Positions 16,762-25,515 of a stretch of DNA of 64,000 bases are shown here, piece by piece. The stretch is from the NCBI GenBank assembly GCA_025934435.1, contig JAICYB010000009.1:9724-73723 (forward strand). Reading direction: 5' to 3'. Within the stretch, counting starts at the first letter, position 1. The number at the start of each line of letters is the position of its first letter. Under the pieces are notes generated by a model. It had not been told where the DNA came from. It ran no database searches and saw only the letters and a list, made by a program, of their open reading frames with translations. This stretch comes from Actinomycetes bacterium (GTDB taxonomy: Bacteria > Actinomycetota > JAICYB01). Position numbers and translations under genes: made by a program.

Positions 16762-17603
16762 AGGACACCGCCTCCGGCGGGCGCGCTCACCACGAACGCC
16801 GCCGGGCAGTTCGTGACGTTGTCGAACTGGTCCACAAGCAACGTTTCGAAGTTCGTTCCGCCGCAGTCGATCGAGTCGACCGCTCCATCGGCCGAGTAGA
16901 CGAGGTCGCCGCCCGTCCCCGGCGAGAGCGTGTCGCCGGGCGTGCCGTCGTCGTCGATCAGCGTGTCGTCGCCGCCCGAGCCGTTGAGGGTATCCACGCC
17001 ACCGCCGCCGAGGAGCGTCTCAGAGGCATTGGTGCCGTTGATCTGATCGTTGCCCGGCCCCCCCATCGCGTAGTGCGCACCGCTGAGCGCAAGCGTGTCG
17101 TTGCCGCTCGTTCCGAACGCGAAGTCGGACGACCCCGCGAGGCCCGCCAGGGACGACCGGATCACGTTCTCGCACTTACTGACCTTGTCCTGCGCGTCCA
17201 CGACCGCGAGGTCGTCTCCCTTGCCGCACTTGATCGTGTCCCGCGCACCATCGGCCGAGAAGATCACGTCGGCGCTCGGCCCGCCGATCAGAACATCGCC
17301 TCGCGTCCCGTCGTCGTCGTAGATGAAGTTCTTGCCGCGGCCGCCCACGACGTGGTCTCGCCCCGAACCGGGGAAAACGAGGACAACGTTCGCCGCCGAC
17401 GACTGCACCGTGATCTTGTCCCGGCCCTGCCGACCGAACACGGTGTCGCTTCCGCCGCCCGTGGTCATGCGGTCCTTGCCGCTCGTGCCCGCGATGACGT
17501 CGTTCGTGGTCCCTCCGTGGAACTTCGCCGCCCAGGCCGACTGCGGACTGACTGTCAGGAGGAGCAGCACGAGCGATGCGACGGTCGCGATCCGGAAACG
17601 CAC
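16758..17603 (-). CDS. Secreted protein with hemolysin-type Ca-binding (GGxGxD) repeats
   Basis: Sec signal ending AWA; repeats GGGSD, GSGRD, GGPGND, GGGGVD, GSGGDD; internally duplicated DDDGT.GD...SADGA.D.I.CG module. Confidence 0.8.
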   Translation of the reverse strand: MRFRIATVASLVLLLLTVSPQSAWAAKFHGGTTNDVIAGTSGKDRMTTGGGSDTVFGRQGRDKITVQSSAANVVLVFPGSGRDHVVGGRGKNFIYDDDGTRGDVLIGGPSADVIFSADGARDTIKCGKGDDLAVVDAQDKVSKCENVIRSSLAGLAGSSDFAFGTSGNDTLALSGAHYAMGGPGNDQINGTNASETLLGGGGVDTLNGSGGDDTLIDDDGTPGDTLSPGTGGDLVYSADGAVDSIDCGGTNFETLLVDQFDNVTNCPAAFVVSAPAGGGVL

Positions 17604-17612
17604 ATTTCCCCC

Positions 17613-18818
17613 TTACTTCGCCGGTACCCGGCTCGATAAGACCTCGTTCGCTTCCAGCTTGTCGACTTCGTCGTCGGTGAAACCGCCGAACTCCTTCAGC
17701 ACTTCGCGGTTGTGCTCGCCGCGGTATGCGGGTTCACCGTGCGCGCCGCTTTCCGCACCGGAGAACCGCCACGGCGTGTTCGGGACGACGAAGGTTCCGT
17801 CCCCGCGGTCGGTGATCTCGACGGTGGCGCCGCGGTCGCGAGCCCAGTCCGTCTCGGTCGCTTCTTTCAGTGTGCGGACGACCCCCATCACGAGCCGGGC
17901 GCGTTGGAGTTCGACGTCGAGTGACTCGACGTCGTCGAACGTGAGCACCCACTCCTGGATGATGTCCTGCAGCGCGTCGCGGTTCGTCCGTCGTGATTCG
18001 TCGTCGACGAAGCGCGGGTCGTCCTTCAGGTCGTGGCGGCCGATCGCGTCGCACCACATCGCGAACGAGCCTCGTGGTGTGTAGTCCGCCGAGACGGTGA
18101 CGTAGCGTCCGTCGCGCATCCGGAACATCGGATGCGGGTCGTCGAAGTGTGCCGGACGCTTCTTCTCGCCGACGTGCTCGGCCGCGATGTGCTCGGTCGC
18201 GCAGAGGAGCGCTTCTCCCATCGCGAGTTCGACGTGCTGACCTTTTCCCGTCTCGTCCCGTTGGTGCAGGGCCGCAAGGATCCCGACCGCGGAGTAGACG
18301 CCCGAGTACACGTCGGCGTGCGACATCGGATCGTGGAAGGGTGGTTCGTCCCGCCCACGAGCGACGACCTCGAGCCAGCCCATCTCCGCTTGCACCGTCG
18401 GCGCGTACGCGGGTCGGTCACGCCACGGACCCGTCTGCCCGTATCCGCTGATGGAGGCGTAGATCAGCCGCGGGAACCGGACGTGGAGCACGTCGTATCC
18501 GAGTCCGAGTCGCTCCGCGACGCCGGGACGGAAATTCTCGACGAGGACGTCCATGTGCTCGAGCAGACGCAGCAGGACGTCGACGCCTTGGGGCTTCGAC
18601 AGGTCGAGTGAGATGTTCCGCTTCCCGAGGTTCTGTTGCACGTAGTACGCGGAGAGTGAGTTCTTTCTTTGTGTCGCGAACCGAGTGAGGTCGCCTTCGG
18701 GCGGCTCGACCTTGATCACCTCGGCCCCCAGATCGTGCAGAAGCCGCGTGCAATGCGGGCCGGCGAGCACCCGCGAAAGATCGAGCACGCGTAGTCCTTC
18801 GAGTGGGCGGGGTGTCAT
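17613..18818 (-). CDS. CaiB/BaiF family III CoA-transferase
   Basis: MTPRPLEGLRVLDLSRVLAGP, LGAEVIKVEPPEGD, DVLVENFRPG, SISGYGQTGP, GEHNREVL; start re-picked to ATG 18818. Confidence 0.92.
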   Translation of the reverse strand: MTPRPLEGLRVLDLSRVLAGPHCTRLLHDLGAEVIKVEPPEGDLTRFATQRKNSLSAYYVQQNLGKRNISLDLSKPQGVDVLLRLLEHMDVLVENFRPGVAERLGLGYDVLHVRFPRLIYASISGYGQTGPWRDRPAYAPTVQAEMGWLEVVARGRDEPPFHDPMSHADVYSGVYSAVGILAALHQRDETGKGQHVELAMGEALLCATEHIAAEHVGEKKRPAHFDDPHPMFRMRDGRYVTVSADYTPRGSFAMWCDAIGRHDLKDDPRFVDDESRRTNRDALQDIIQEWVLTFDDVESLDVELQRARLVMGVVRTLKEATETDWARDRGATVEITDRGDGTFVVPNTPWRFSGAESGAHGEPAYRGEHNREVLKEFGGFTDDEVDKLEANEVLSSRVPAK

Positions 18819-18863
18819 GTCGTGACCTATCTTGACGGGCGAGACCAGGGGAGGAAAAACCAA

Positions 18864-20561
18864 GTGCCGACGAACGTCCTCGACGAAGAAGTCATCAAGC
18901 AGCTGATCGCGCCCGGACAGATGCTCGAGATCGTCGAGGAGACGATCCGCGGCGTCCCACTTCGCATCTACAAGAACACCCCCGCGTCGCTCCGTGACGT
19001 ATTCCAGCTGTCGAAGGCACACGGCTCGAACGACTTCCTCGTCTACGAGGACGAGCGGTGGCCGTTCGACCGCCACTACCGCGCGGTCGCGACCGTCGCG
19101 CGCTGGCTGGTCGAGGAGTGCGGTATCCGGAAGGGCGACCGTGTCGCGATCGCGATGCGCAACTTCCCCGAATGGTCGGTCGCGTTCTGGGCGGCGACCT
19201 GCGCCGGCGCGATCGTCGTCCCGCTCAACGCGTGGTGGACGGGCGAGGAGTTGAAGTACGGCCTCTCCGATTCCGGGACGCGCGTCTTGTTCTGCGACCT
19301 CGAGCGCTTCCAGCGGATCGAACCGCACATCGCCGAGCTGCCGCTGCTCTCGCGCGTCGTGGTCGCCAAGGGCGACCCGCCCGCGCGCACCGACGGCTTC
19401 GACGATCTCATGGTGGCGCAGACCGATGTGCTTCCCGACGTCGAACTCGGGCCCGAGGACGAAGCGACGATCTTCTACACGTCCGGCACGACGGGTTTCC
19501 CGAAAGGCGCACTCGGGACGCACCGCAACATCTGCACGAATCTCATGAACCTGATGTACGCCGGTCTGTCGGGACGTGCGCGCGCCGGACTCGATCCGTC
19601 CGCACCTCCGCCGCAGCCGGCGAACCGTTCGGCGCAGCTGTTGTCCGTCCCGTTCTTCCACGTGACGGGTTGCCACTCGACGCTCGTGCCGAACCTCGCG
19701 TTTGGGGGAAAGCTCGTGCTGATGTACCGCTGGAACCCCGAACGGGCGCTCGAGCTCATCGAGCGCGAGAAGATCACGTCGTTCGGCGGCGTGCCGACGA
19801 TGGTCTGGCAGGTCCTCGAGTCGCCCGACTTCGGCAAGCGGGACATATCGAGCGTCGTTTCGATCGGTTACGGCGGTGCGCCGGCGCCGACGGAGCTCGT
19901 CCGGCGTATCGAGCAGCACTTCCCGAAAGCAGCGCCGGGGAACGGTTACGGACTGACGGAAACGTCCTCACTTGCCGTCGGCAACGGCGGCGCCGATTAC
20001 CTTCGCAAACCGGAGTCGTGCGGACGACCCGCTCCCGTCGTCGATGCGATGGTCGTCGGAGAGGGCGGTGAAGAGCTCGGCGTCGACGAACTCGGCGAGT
20101 TGTGGCTGCGCGGACCCAACGTCGTGAAGGGCTACTGGAACAAACCGGAAGCGACGGAGGAGACGTTCCACGAGGGCTGGCTCAAGACCGGCGACGTCGC
20201 GCGCATCGACGACGAAGGATTCATCTACATCGTCGACCGCGCGAAGGACATGGTCATCCGCGGCGGCGAGAACGTGTACTGCGTCGAGATCGAAGACGTG
20301 CTCTACGAGCATCCGGCGGTGAGTGAAGCGGCCGTCATCGGGATCCCGCATCGCGTGCTCGGCGAGGAGGTCGGAGCCGTCGTGAAGCGAGTTCCGGGGG
20401 CGACCGTCACCGAAGACGAACTGAAAGACTTCGTCGCGGAGCGCCTCGCGGCGTACAAGGTCCCGGTACGTATCGAGATCTCGGACGACCCACTGCCACG
20501 TAACGCAGCGGGGAAGGTGCTGAAGCGTCAGCTCAAAGACAAGATCGTCGCATCGGCGTAA
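18864..20561 (+). CDS. Long-chain acyl-CoA synthetase (class I adenylate-forming)
   Basis: GGAGG before GTG 18864; FYTSGTTGFPKG, GYGLTET, GWLKTGD, DRAKDMVIRGGENVY, PRNAAGKVLK. Confidence 0.93.
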   Translation: MPTNVLDEEVIKQLIAPGQMLEIVEETIRGVPLRIYKNTPASLRDVFQLSKAHGSNDFLVYEDERWPFDRHYRAVATVARWLVEECGIRKGDRVAIAMRNFPEWSVAFWAATCAGAIVVPLNAWWTGEELKYGLSDSGTRVLFCDLERFQRIEPHIAELPLLSRVVVAKGDPPARTDGFDDLMVAQTDVLPDVELGPEDEATIFYTSGTTGFPKGALGTHRNICTNLMNLMYAGLSGRARAGLDPSAPPPQPANRSAQLLSVPFFHVTGCHSTLVPNLAFGGKLVLMYRWNPERALELIEREKITSFGGVPTMVWQVLESPDFGKRDISSVVSIGYGGAPAPTELVRRIEQHFPKAAPGNGYGLTETSSLAVGNGGADYLRKPESCGRPAPVVDAMVVGEGGEELGVDELGELWLRGPNVVKGYWNKPEATEETFHEGWLKTGDVARIDDEGFIYIVDRAKDMVIRGGENVYCVEIEDVLYEHPAVSEAAVIGIPHRVLGEEVGAVVKRVPGATVTEDELKDFVAERLAAYKVPVRIEISDDPLPRNAAGKVLKRQLKDKIVASA

Positions 20562-20612
20562 CCGCGCGGAGCCGGCTGGACAGCGCTGATACGTTGGCCG
20601 CAGGAGGGTGGG

Positions 20613-21497
20613 ATGGCGCGGCGGGTGTGGATCGTCCTTTTGTGCGCGGTCTTCGGTCTGCTGATGTTGCTCGTCTCGACCGGACCTAACTTCAACATCG
20701 CCGCCGCAACACCCGGTCCTCCGACACCCACACCGGGTCCTCCGACGCCGACACCGGGTCCTCCGACACCCACACCGGGCCCAACAGATACACCCGGGCC
20801 GACTCTGACGCCCGGGCCGACTCTGACACCGGGTCCGACTCTGACGCCCGGGCCGACTCTGACGCCGAGTCCGACGCTGACGCCGGGTCCGACGCTGACG
20901 CCCGGGCCGACGCCGGCACCGCCGGAGGAAGTCTCGGAGACCGTCCCGCCGGGCGGGACGGCGACGACGGACACCGAAGGAGACGGTGCAACACCGGACG
21001 ACCCGGTCGAGACGTCGGTGACCGTCCCCGGCGGCGGGGACGTCACGATCGACGAAGGCCCGGAATCCGAACCACCGCCGAGCGGCTATGAGTTCGTCGG
21101 CCAGGAGGTTCAGATCAGCGCACCACAAGGCACGATCGATCAGCCGTTGACGATCTCCTTCACGCTGGACGCGACCGTCGTGCAGGGCGACGACATCTCG
21201 ACGATCGCGATCGTGCGCGACGGCGTCGTCCTGCCGGACTGCACGGGTGCAGCCTTCACGAGCACCGATGACGCGTGCGTGCAGTCGCGTCAGCTCGATG
21301 CGGACGGCGACGGCGTCTTCACGATCGAGACCGTGCACGCGAGCACATGGAACATGGCCGTGGTCGCGCCGCCCCCCTCGCCGACTCCGACGCTGAGCCC
21401 GACGCCGCACCCGCGCCCGTGCTCGAACGGCGGTCCGATCGGACGTGTGTTGTGCCACACCGTCTCGCTCATCACGCGCATCATCCGCTTGCTATGA
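20613..21497 (+). CDS. Secreted Pro/Thr-rich surface protein
   Basis: GGAGG RBS, signal peptide, TPGP repeats, acidic beta-rich domain with a Cys pair, and a C-terminal tail CSNGGPIGRVLCHTVSLITRIIRLL. Confidence 0.75.
   Translation: MARRVWIVLLCAVFGLLMLLVSTGPNFNIAAATPGPPTPTPGPPTPTPGPPTPTPGPTDTPGPTLTPGPTLTPGPTLTPGPTLTPSPTLTPGPTLTPGPTPAPPEEVSETVPPGGTATTDTEGDGATPDDPVETSVTVPGGGDVTIDEGPESEPPPSGYEFVGQEVQISAPQGTIDQPLTISFTLDATVVQGDDISTIAIVRDGVVLPDCTGAAFTSTDDACVQSRQLDADGDGVFTIETVHASTWNMAVVAPPPSPTPTLSPTPHPRPCSNGGPIGRVLCHTVSLITRIIRLL
20709..20915 (+). repeat. Coding tandem repeat (3 x 21 bp plus 8 x 18 bp)
   Basis: Encodes TPGPPTP x3, TPGPTD, TPGPTL x4, TPSPTL, TPGPTL, TPGPTP. Confidence 0.9.
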
Positions 21498-22456
21498 AAC
21501 GGATGCTCGGCGTCGTCGCGCTCAGCATCGCGCTTGTCGCCGGGCTCGGTCTGCGCGCCGAAGCTGCCTTCCGCGTCGGGTGCGGTTCGGTCCTCCCGGA
21601 TCAGACGAAAGACACGGTCTTTCATCTGAAGCACAACCTGACGTGTCCGTCGTCGTTCGATCCCGCGATCACGCTCGGCGACCACACGATCCTCGATCTC
21701 AAGGGCCACAGACTGAACGGTTCGGGCACGGGTGACGGCGTCGACGCGATCGGGAAGGATCACGCTGCCGTTCGGCACGGCTCGATCACGAACTTCGTCA
21801 CGCCGGTCAACTTCTCCAACGGCAACGCCGACCAGGCCACGCGGCTGAAGATCCTGGGCGGCTTCGCGGCGGTGAATCTCAACGGCACCTCGCACGCGCT
21901 CGTCGCGAAGAACAGGTTCACCGTGGTGGGCCTGACGTGTGTCGACATCACCGATGCCTCGGACACGACGCTGCTTTCCAACCGGATGTCCTGTCATATG
22001 AATGGCGTCACCATCGGCGGCGCCTCGATGAACACGCTGGTGGATCGCAACCGGATCTCCCACGGTGCCGTCGGCATCGACATCAACACCACAGGGCTTG
22101 CATTCACAAGGGTCATCGGGAATACCGTTCGCGGTGGGACGACGGGCATCTTCGTTGCCGCGACCGGTGTGAACGAAACCATCACGGGAAACAAGGTCGC
22201 GGGTGCTTCGTCCAACGGCATCGACGTGCCGAGTGGAGCGTTGACCATCGCCATCGGCGGAAATGCGTCGAACGGCAACGGGCACGACGGGATCTCGGTT
22301 CTGAACAACGACGCCGGGACTTCGATCGGCGGAAACGTCGCGAACGGCAACGGCAACTACGGGATCGAAGCGACGGCCGGCACAGACGATGCGGGCGGCA
22401 ACAGGGCGAAGGCCAACGGCGCGTTCTACCAATGCATCTTCGTCGTGTGTCAGTGA
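21494..22456 (+). CDS. Secreted right-handed parallel beta-helix (NosD/pectate-lyase-like) protein
   Basis: ATGA overlap; signal peptide; CGSVL...NLTC...LDLKGH; repeated xxNxxxxGI pattern; ends GGNRAKANG..QC...C. Confidence 0.8.
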   Translation: MKRMLGVVALSIALVAGLGLRAEAAFRVGCGSVLPDQTKDTVFHLKHNLTCPSSFDPAITLGDHTILDLKGHRLNGSGTGDGVDAIGKDHAAVRHGSITNFVTPVNFSNGNADQATRLKILGGFAAVNLNGTSHALVAKNRFTVVGLTCVDITDASDTTLLSNRMSCHMNGVTIGGASMNTLVDRNRISHGAVGIDINTTGLAFTRVIGNTVRGGTTGIFVAATGVNETITGNKVAGASSNGIDVPSGALTIAIGGNASNGNGHDGISVLNNDAGTSIGGNVANGNGNYGIEATAGTDDAGGNRAKANGAFYQCIFVVCQ

Positions 22457-23262
22457 GCGCCGACGTCGAGGGCGAGCGTTAAGCACCGCACGCCGCCGCC
22501 GGCCTTCAGGAACTCGTCGACGGGGCACACTCGAACGTCGAAGTCGGACAGCAGCGATCGAAGGCGGTCGCTGCACGACGGCATCACGATCACGTCACCG
22601 ATCACGACGGAGTTCGCGCAGAACGAGAGAGCTTCGTCCGGCTCGAGATCGATCGGCTCCGGCACCACGGCTTTGACGACGTCGCGCCCGTAGCTGTCCC
22701 AGGCGGACGGAACACACAGCGCACGCCGGTCGTCCAGCGGACAGAACGTCAGGTCGACGTGGTAGAAGCGGGGGTCGACGAGTTCGAGTGAGAGCACTTC
22801 GACGTTGAGCGCTTTCGCGAGCGCGGTGTGTGCTTCGAACTCGGAGCGGATCCGGTAGCCGGCGATGATGCGGTCGCGGAAGGGCAGCGCGTCACCCGCG
22901 CCTTCGAAGTGCGGGCGGTTGTGGAGCTCGGTGATCGACCAGCCGTTCGTGCGGAACCACCGCCGGTAGTGCGGTTCCTCACCGGCGCGCTCGGGATGCG
23001 TGAACCGCGACGGGACGAACCGCTCGCCCCAGACCAGTCCGGCGTTCGCGGTGAAGACCATGTCCGGCAGGTCGTCGACGGACCCGAGGATCTCGACCTC
23101 GGCCCCCGCGTCGCGCAACGTCTCGACGAGCGTTTCCCACTGCGCGAGCGATCGGGACGGATCGGCCGGCACCTCCCGGCTCATCCACGGATTGATCTCG
23201 TAGAGCACGCCGAAATGTTCGGCGGGACACATCAGGTAGCGATGTCCCCACGCTAGCGACAC
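22450..23262 (-). CDS. Amidinotransferase-family arginine dihydrolase (ArgZ/AgrE N-terminal domain homolog)
   Basis: YLMCP..F...YEINPWM, PDMVFTANAG, ERAGEE, FEGAGDA, FYHVD.TFCPL, EFLKAGGGVRCLTL (Glu/His/Cys triad present); GTG start overlaps the upstream stop. Confidence 0.85.
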   Translation of the reverse strand: MSLAWGHRYLMCPAEHFGVLYEINPWMSREVPADPSRSLAQWETLVETLRDAGAEVEILGSVDDLPDMVFTANAGLVWGERFVPSRFTHPERAGEEPHYRRWFRTNGWSITELHNRPHFEGAGDALPFRDRIIAGYRIRSEFEAHTALAKALNVEVLSLELVDPRFYHVDLTFCPLDDRRALCVPSAWDSYGRDVVKAVVPEPIDLEPDEALSFCANSVVIGDVIVMPSCSDRLRSLLSDFDVRVCPVDEFLKAGGGVRCLTLALDVGAH

Positions 23263-24473
23263 AGATGTTCCGTCAGCTCGCTGACGAAGAGGCCGACGTC
23301 CGTGACGATGCCGAGCACCTGATGGCTGCCGCGGTCGGCGAGTTTCGTGACGACGGCCTGGTTGATGTCGACGCAGTACGTCTCGACGCTCGCCGCCAGG
23401 ACGTTGCCCGTCGCGATCGCATGCAGCGTCGACGCGAGCATGAGCGCGACGCGCACGCCGTCCAGGTTCGCGCGCATCGCGTCTTGCGCGGCCATCACGT
23501 CGGTGATGACGTCCGGCAGCGGGCCGTCGTCGCGCAGCGAGCCCGCCAGCACGAACGGGACGCCGGCGCGCACGCATTCGTACATCACCCCGGAGCGGAG
23601 TTCGCCTTGGTCGACACCGGCGGCGATCGATCCCCACCGACGGACCTCGTTGATCGCGCGGAGGTGATTCGCGTGACCGCCTTCGTCCGGCATCCCTTGT
23701 TTCACCGAGATGCCGAGGGACGTCCCGAGCAGTGCGCTCTCGATGTCGTGCGTCGCGAAACCGTTCCCGGCGAACAACACGTCGACCCATCCTTCGCGGA
23801 CGAGGCGTGCGAGATCGGGTCCCGATCCCGTGTGGATGAGCGCCGGGCCGCCGACGAGGAGGAGCCGCCCGCCCTCACCTTTGATGCGCTGGATACGGCG
23901 TGCGACGTCGGCGACGAGGAGGCCCTTCGGCTTCTCGCTCGAGATCTCCGACGTCATGAAGGCGAACGACTCGCCCGGCGTTGGTTCGCGTGGCTTCTCG
24001 AGCGGCTGCACCTTGACGCCGGCGAGCCCGACGACGACCTGTTCCCCCCGACGGACCTTGCTCATGGGCGTGTTGCGGACGGTGCCGCCGTCGACGACGA
24101 GCGCGCAGTCCATCTCGTCGCGGTCCACGTCGACGTAGGTTCCGTTGATCTTCACCGACGTCGGCAGGTTGGTCGTCGCGTAGAAGCCGCGGGGCAGCAC
24201 GCCGTCGTCCGGGGCCGGTGCCATCGTTGCATCCGGTTCGTCCAACGGGTGAGCGCCGTGCGGGTGCAGTTCGAGGAGCAGTTGCGCGAGCGCCTCGTGC
24301 GTCTGCGTGCGCAGCTCGATCCGCGCTTTGGATGGATCCGTGTGCGAGCGTCCGACCTCGAAGTCGAGCATGCGGTAGTCGGCGCCCGATTCGACGATGA
24401 CGTCGAGGATCTTCGCGAGGATGAGCGAGTCGATGATGTGGCCTTCGACCTCGACGATCGCCGTCGCGCTCAT
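23253..24473 (-). CDS. TIGR00300 / LOR-SDH-domain protein, putative ornithine cyclodeaminase (ArgZ/AgrE C-terminal homolog)
   Basis: EGHIIDSL, GVLPRGFYATTN, EMDC, FAFMTSEISSEKPK, GPALIHTG, GNGFATHDIE, GSLRDDGPLPD, LHAIATGN, CVDIN..VVTKLADRGS. Confidence 0.88.
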   Translation of the reverse strand: MSATAIVEVEGHIIDSLILAKILDVIVESGADYRMLDFEVGRSHTDPSKARIELRTQTHEALAQLLLELHPHGAHPLDEPDATMAPAPDDGVLPRGFYATTNLPTSVKINGTYVDVDRDEMDCALVVDGGTVRNTPMSKVRRGEQVVVGLAGVKVQPLEKPREPTPGESFAFMTSEISSEKPKGLLVADVARRIQRIKGEGGRLLLVGGPALIHTGSGPDLARLVREGWVDVLFAGNGFATHDIESALLGTSLGISVKQGMPDEGGHANHLRAINEVRRWGSIAAGVDQGELRSGVMYECVRAGVPFVLAGSLRDDGPLPDVITDVMAAQDAMRANLDGVRVALMLASTLHAIATGNVLAASVETYCVDINQAVVTKLADRGSHQVLGIVTDVGLFVSELTEHLCR

Positions 24474-24474
24474 C

Positions 24475-25503
24475 TCAGTAACGCAGTTGCTCGAACAGAC
24501 AGTCCTTCGGGTCCTTGTCTTCGCGCCATGCGTGGAACCGGGCGGCATGACGGAACCGGTCGCCGGTCACGTAGTCGTAGGACACTTCGCACACGAGCGT
24601 CTGCTCGATCGCGTTCCAGTCACCTTCGCGTCCCTGCGACCAACGGCTCTGGCCGCCGGGACCCATGTCGGTGTCGAACCCTTCGGGTGGCTCCGTTCGG
24701 AGCGGCTCGAGCTTGCTCACGAGCTCCTTGCGTTCCTTCGCGCTGAACGACGACGTGTGTCCGACGAAGCGCAGCTGGTCGCCGTCGTACACGCCGAGCA
24801 GCAGGGAGCCGACGCCACCGTTCTTGTGCGTCCGGTAACCGATGACGACGCAGTCGGCCGTGCGGCGGTGCTTGATCTTCACCATCGCGCGGACGTCCGG
24901 CTGATAGGTGATGTCCGCTTTCTTCGCGATGATCCCGTCGCACCCCACGCGTTCGAGATCGACGAACCAGCCTTGGGCTTCGTCCGGGTCGGTGGTTCGG
25001 GGCGTGAGATACAGGCACGGCCCGCGCTTGAGGGCGGGTTCCGTCGGCGACTTCGGTGTCGCCGCGTCGAGGAGCTCGTCGAGCTTCGCCTGCCGCTCGC
25101 TCAGTGGTGCGTCCAAGAGAGACGTCGAGTCGTGCGCCATGAGGTCGAAGGCGACGAAGCTCGCGGGTGTTTCGTCCGCCAGCTTGTTCACGCGCGACGC
25201 GGCCGGATGCAAGCGGTTCTGCAGACCGTCGAAGTCGAGACCGTTGTCGGTCGCGAGGATGATCTCGCCGTCGACAACGCAATGTTCCGGCAGCCCGCCG
25301 AGGAGCAGCTTCTCGATCTCGGGGAAGTAGCGGTTGAGCGGACGGTCGTTCCGGCTCCGGAGCTCGAGCATGTCGCCGTCGCGGAAAACGACGGTGCGGA
25401 ACCCGTCCCACTTCGGCTCGTAGATCCAGCCGTCGCCGCGCGGTATCTCCTCCTGGAGCTTCGCGAGCATCGGCTTCAGCGGGGGCCCGACCGGTAACGG
25501 CAT
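24475..25503 (-). CDS. ligC: ATP-dependent DNA ligase LigC
   Basis: PMLAK, EPKWDGFR (KxDG), DGEII, RLHPAASRV, FVAFDL, KIKHRRTADCVV, GSLLLGVYD, RFRH...WREDKDPKDC; short stand-alone LigC architecture. Confidence 0.9.
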   Translation of the reverse strand: MPLPVGPPLKPMLAKLQEEIPRGDGWIYEPKWDGFRTVVFRDGDMLELRSRNDRPLNRYFPEIEKLLLGGLPEHCVVDGEIILATDNGLDFDGLQNRLHPAASRVNKLADETPASFVAFDLMAHDSTSLLDAPLSERQAKLDELLDAATPKSPTEPALKRGPCLYLTPRTTDPDEAQGWFVDLERVGCDGIIAKKADITYQPDVRAMVKIKHRRTADCVVIGYRTHKNGGVGSLLLGVYDGDQLRFVGHTSSFSAKERKELVSKLEPLRTEPPEGFDTDMGPGGQSRWSQGREGDWNAIEQTLVCEVSYDYVTGDRFRHAARFHAWREDKDPKDCLFEQLRY

Positions 25504-25515
25504 ACTCCGATGATG
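25501..25515. promoter_or_regulatory. Putative symmetric bidirectional leaderless promoter (ligC / AKR)
   Basis: Plus strand CATACT-6nt-ATG (25513); minus strand CATCAT-6nt-ATG (25503). No room for an RBS on either side. Confidence 0.45.

Noticed and set aside
16758-17603. RTX toxin / type I secretion substrate
   Set aside because: It has an N-terminal Sec signal, no toxin domain and no T1SS genes; a generic Ca-binding repeat protein.
20709-20915. Tandem repeat as a CRISPR array or non-coding repeat
   Set aside because: Units are 18 or 21 bp, in frame, vary at third codon positions, have no spacers, and no cas genes are present.
24475-25503. NHEJ (Ku-LigD) locus
   Set aside because: The ligase has no polymerase or phosphoesterase domains and no Ku is present.
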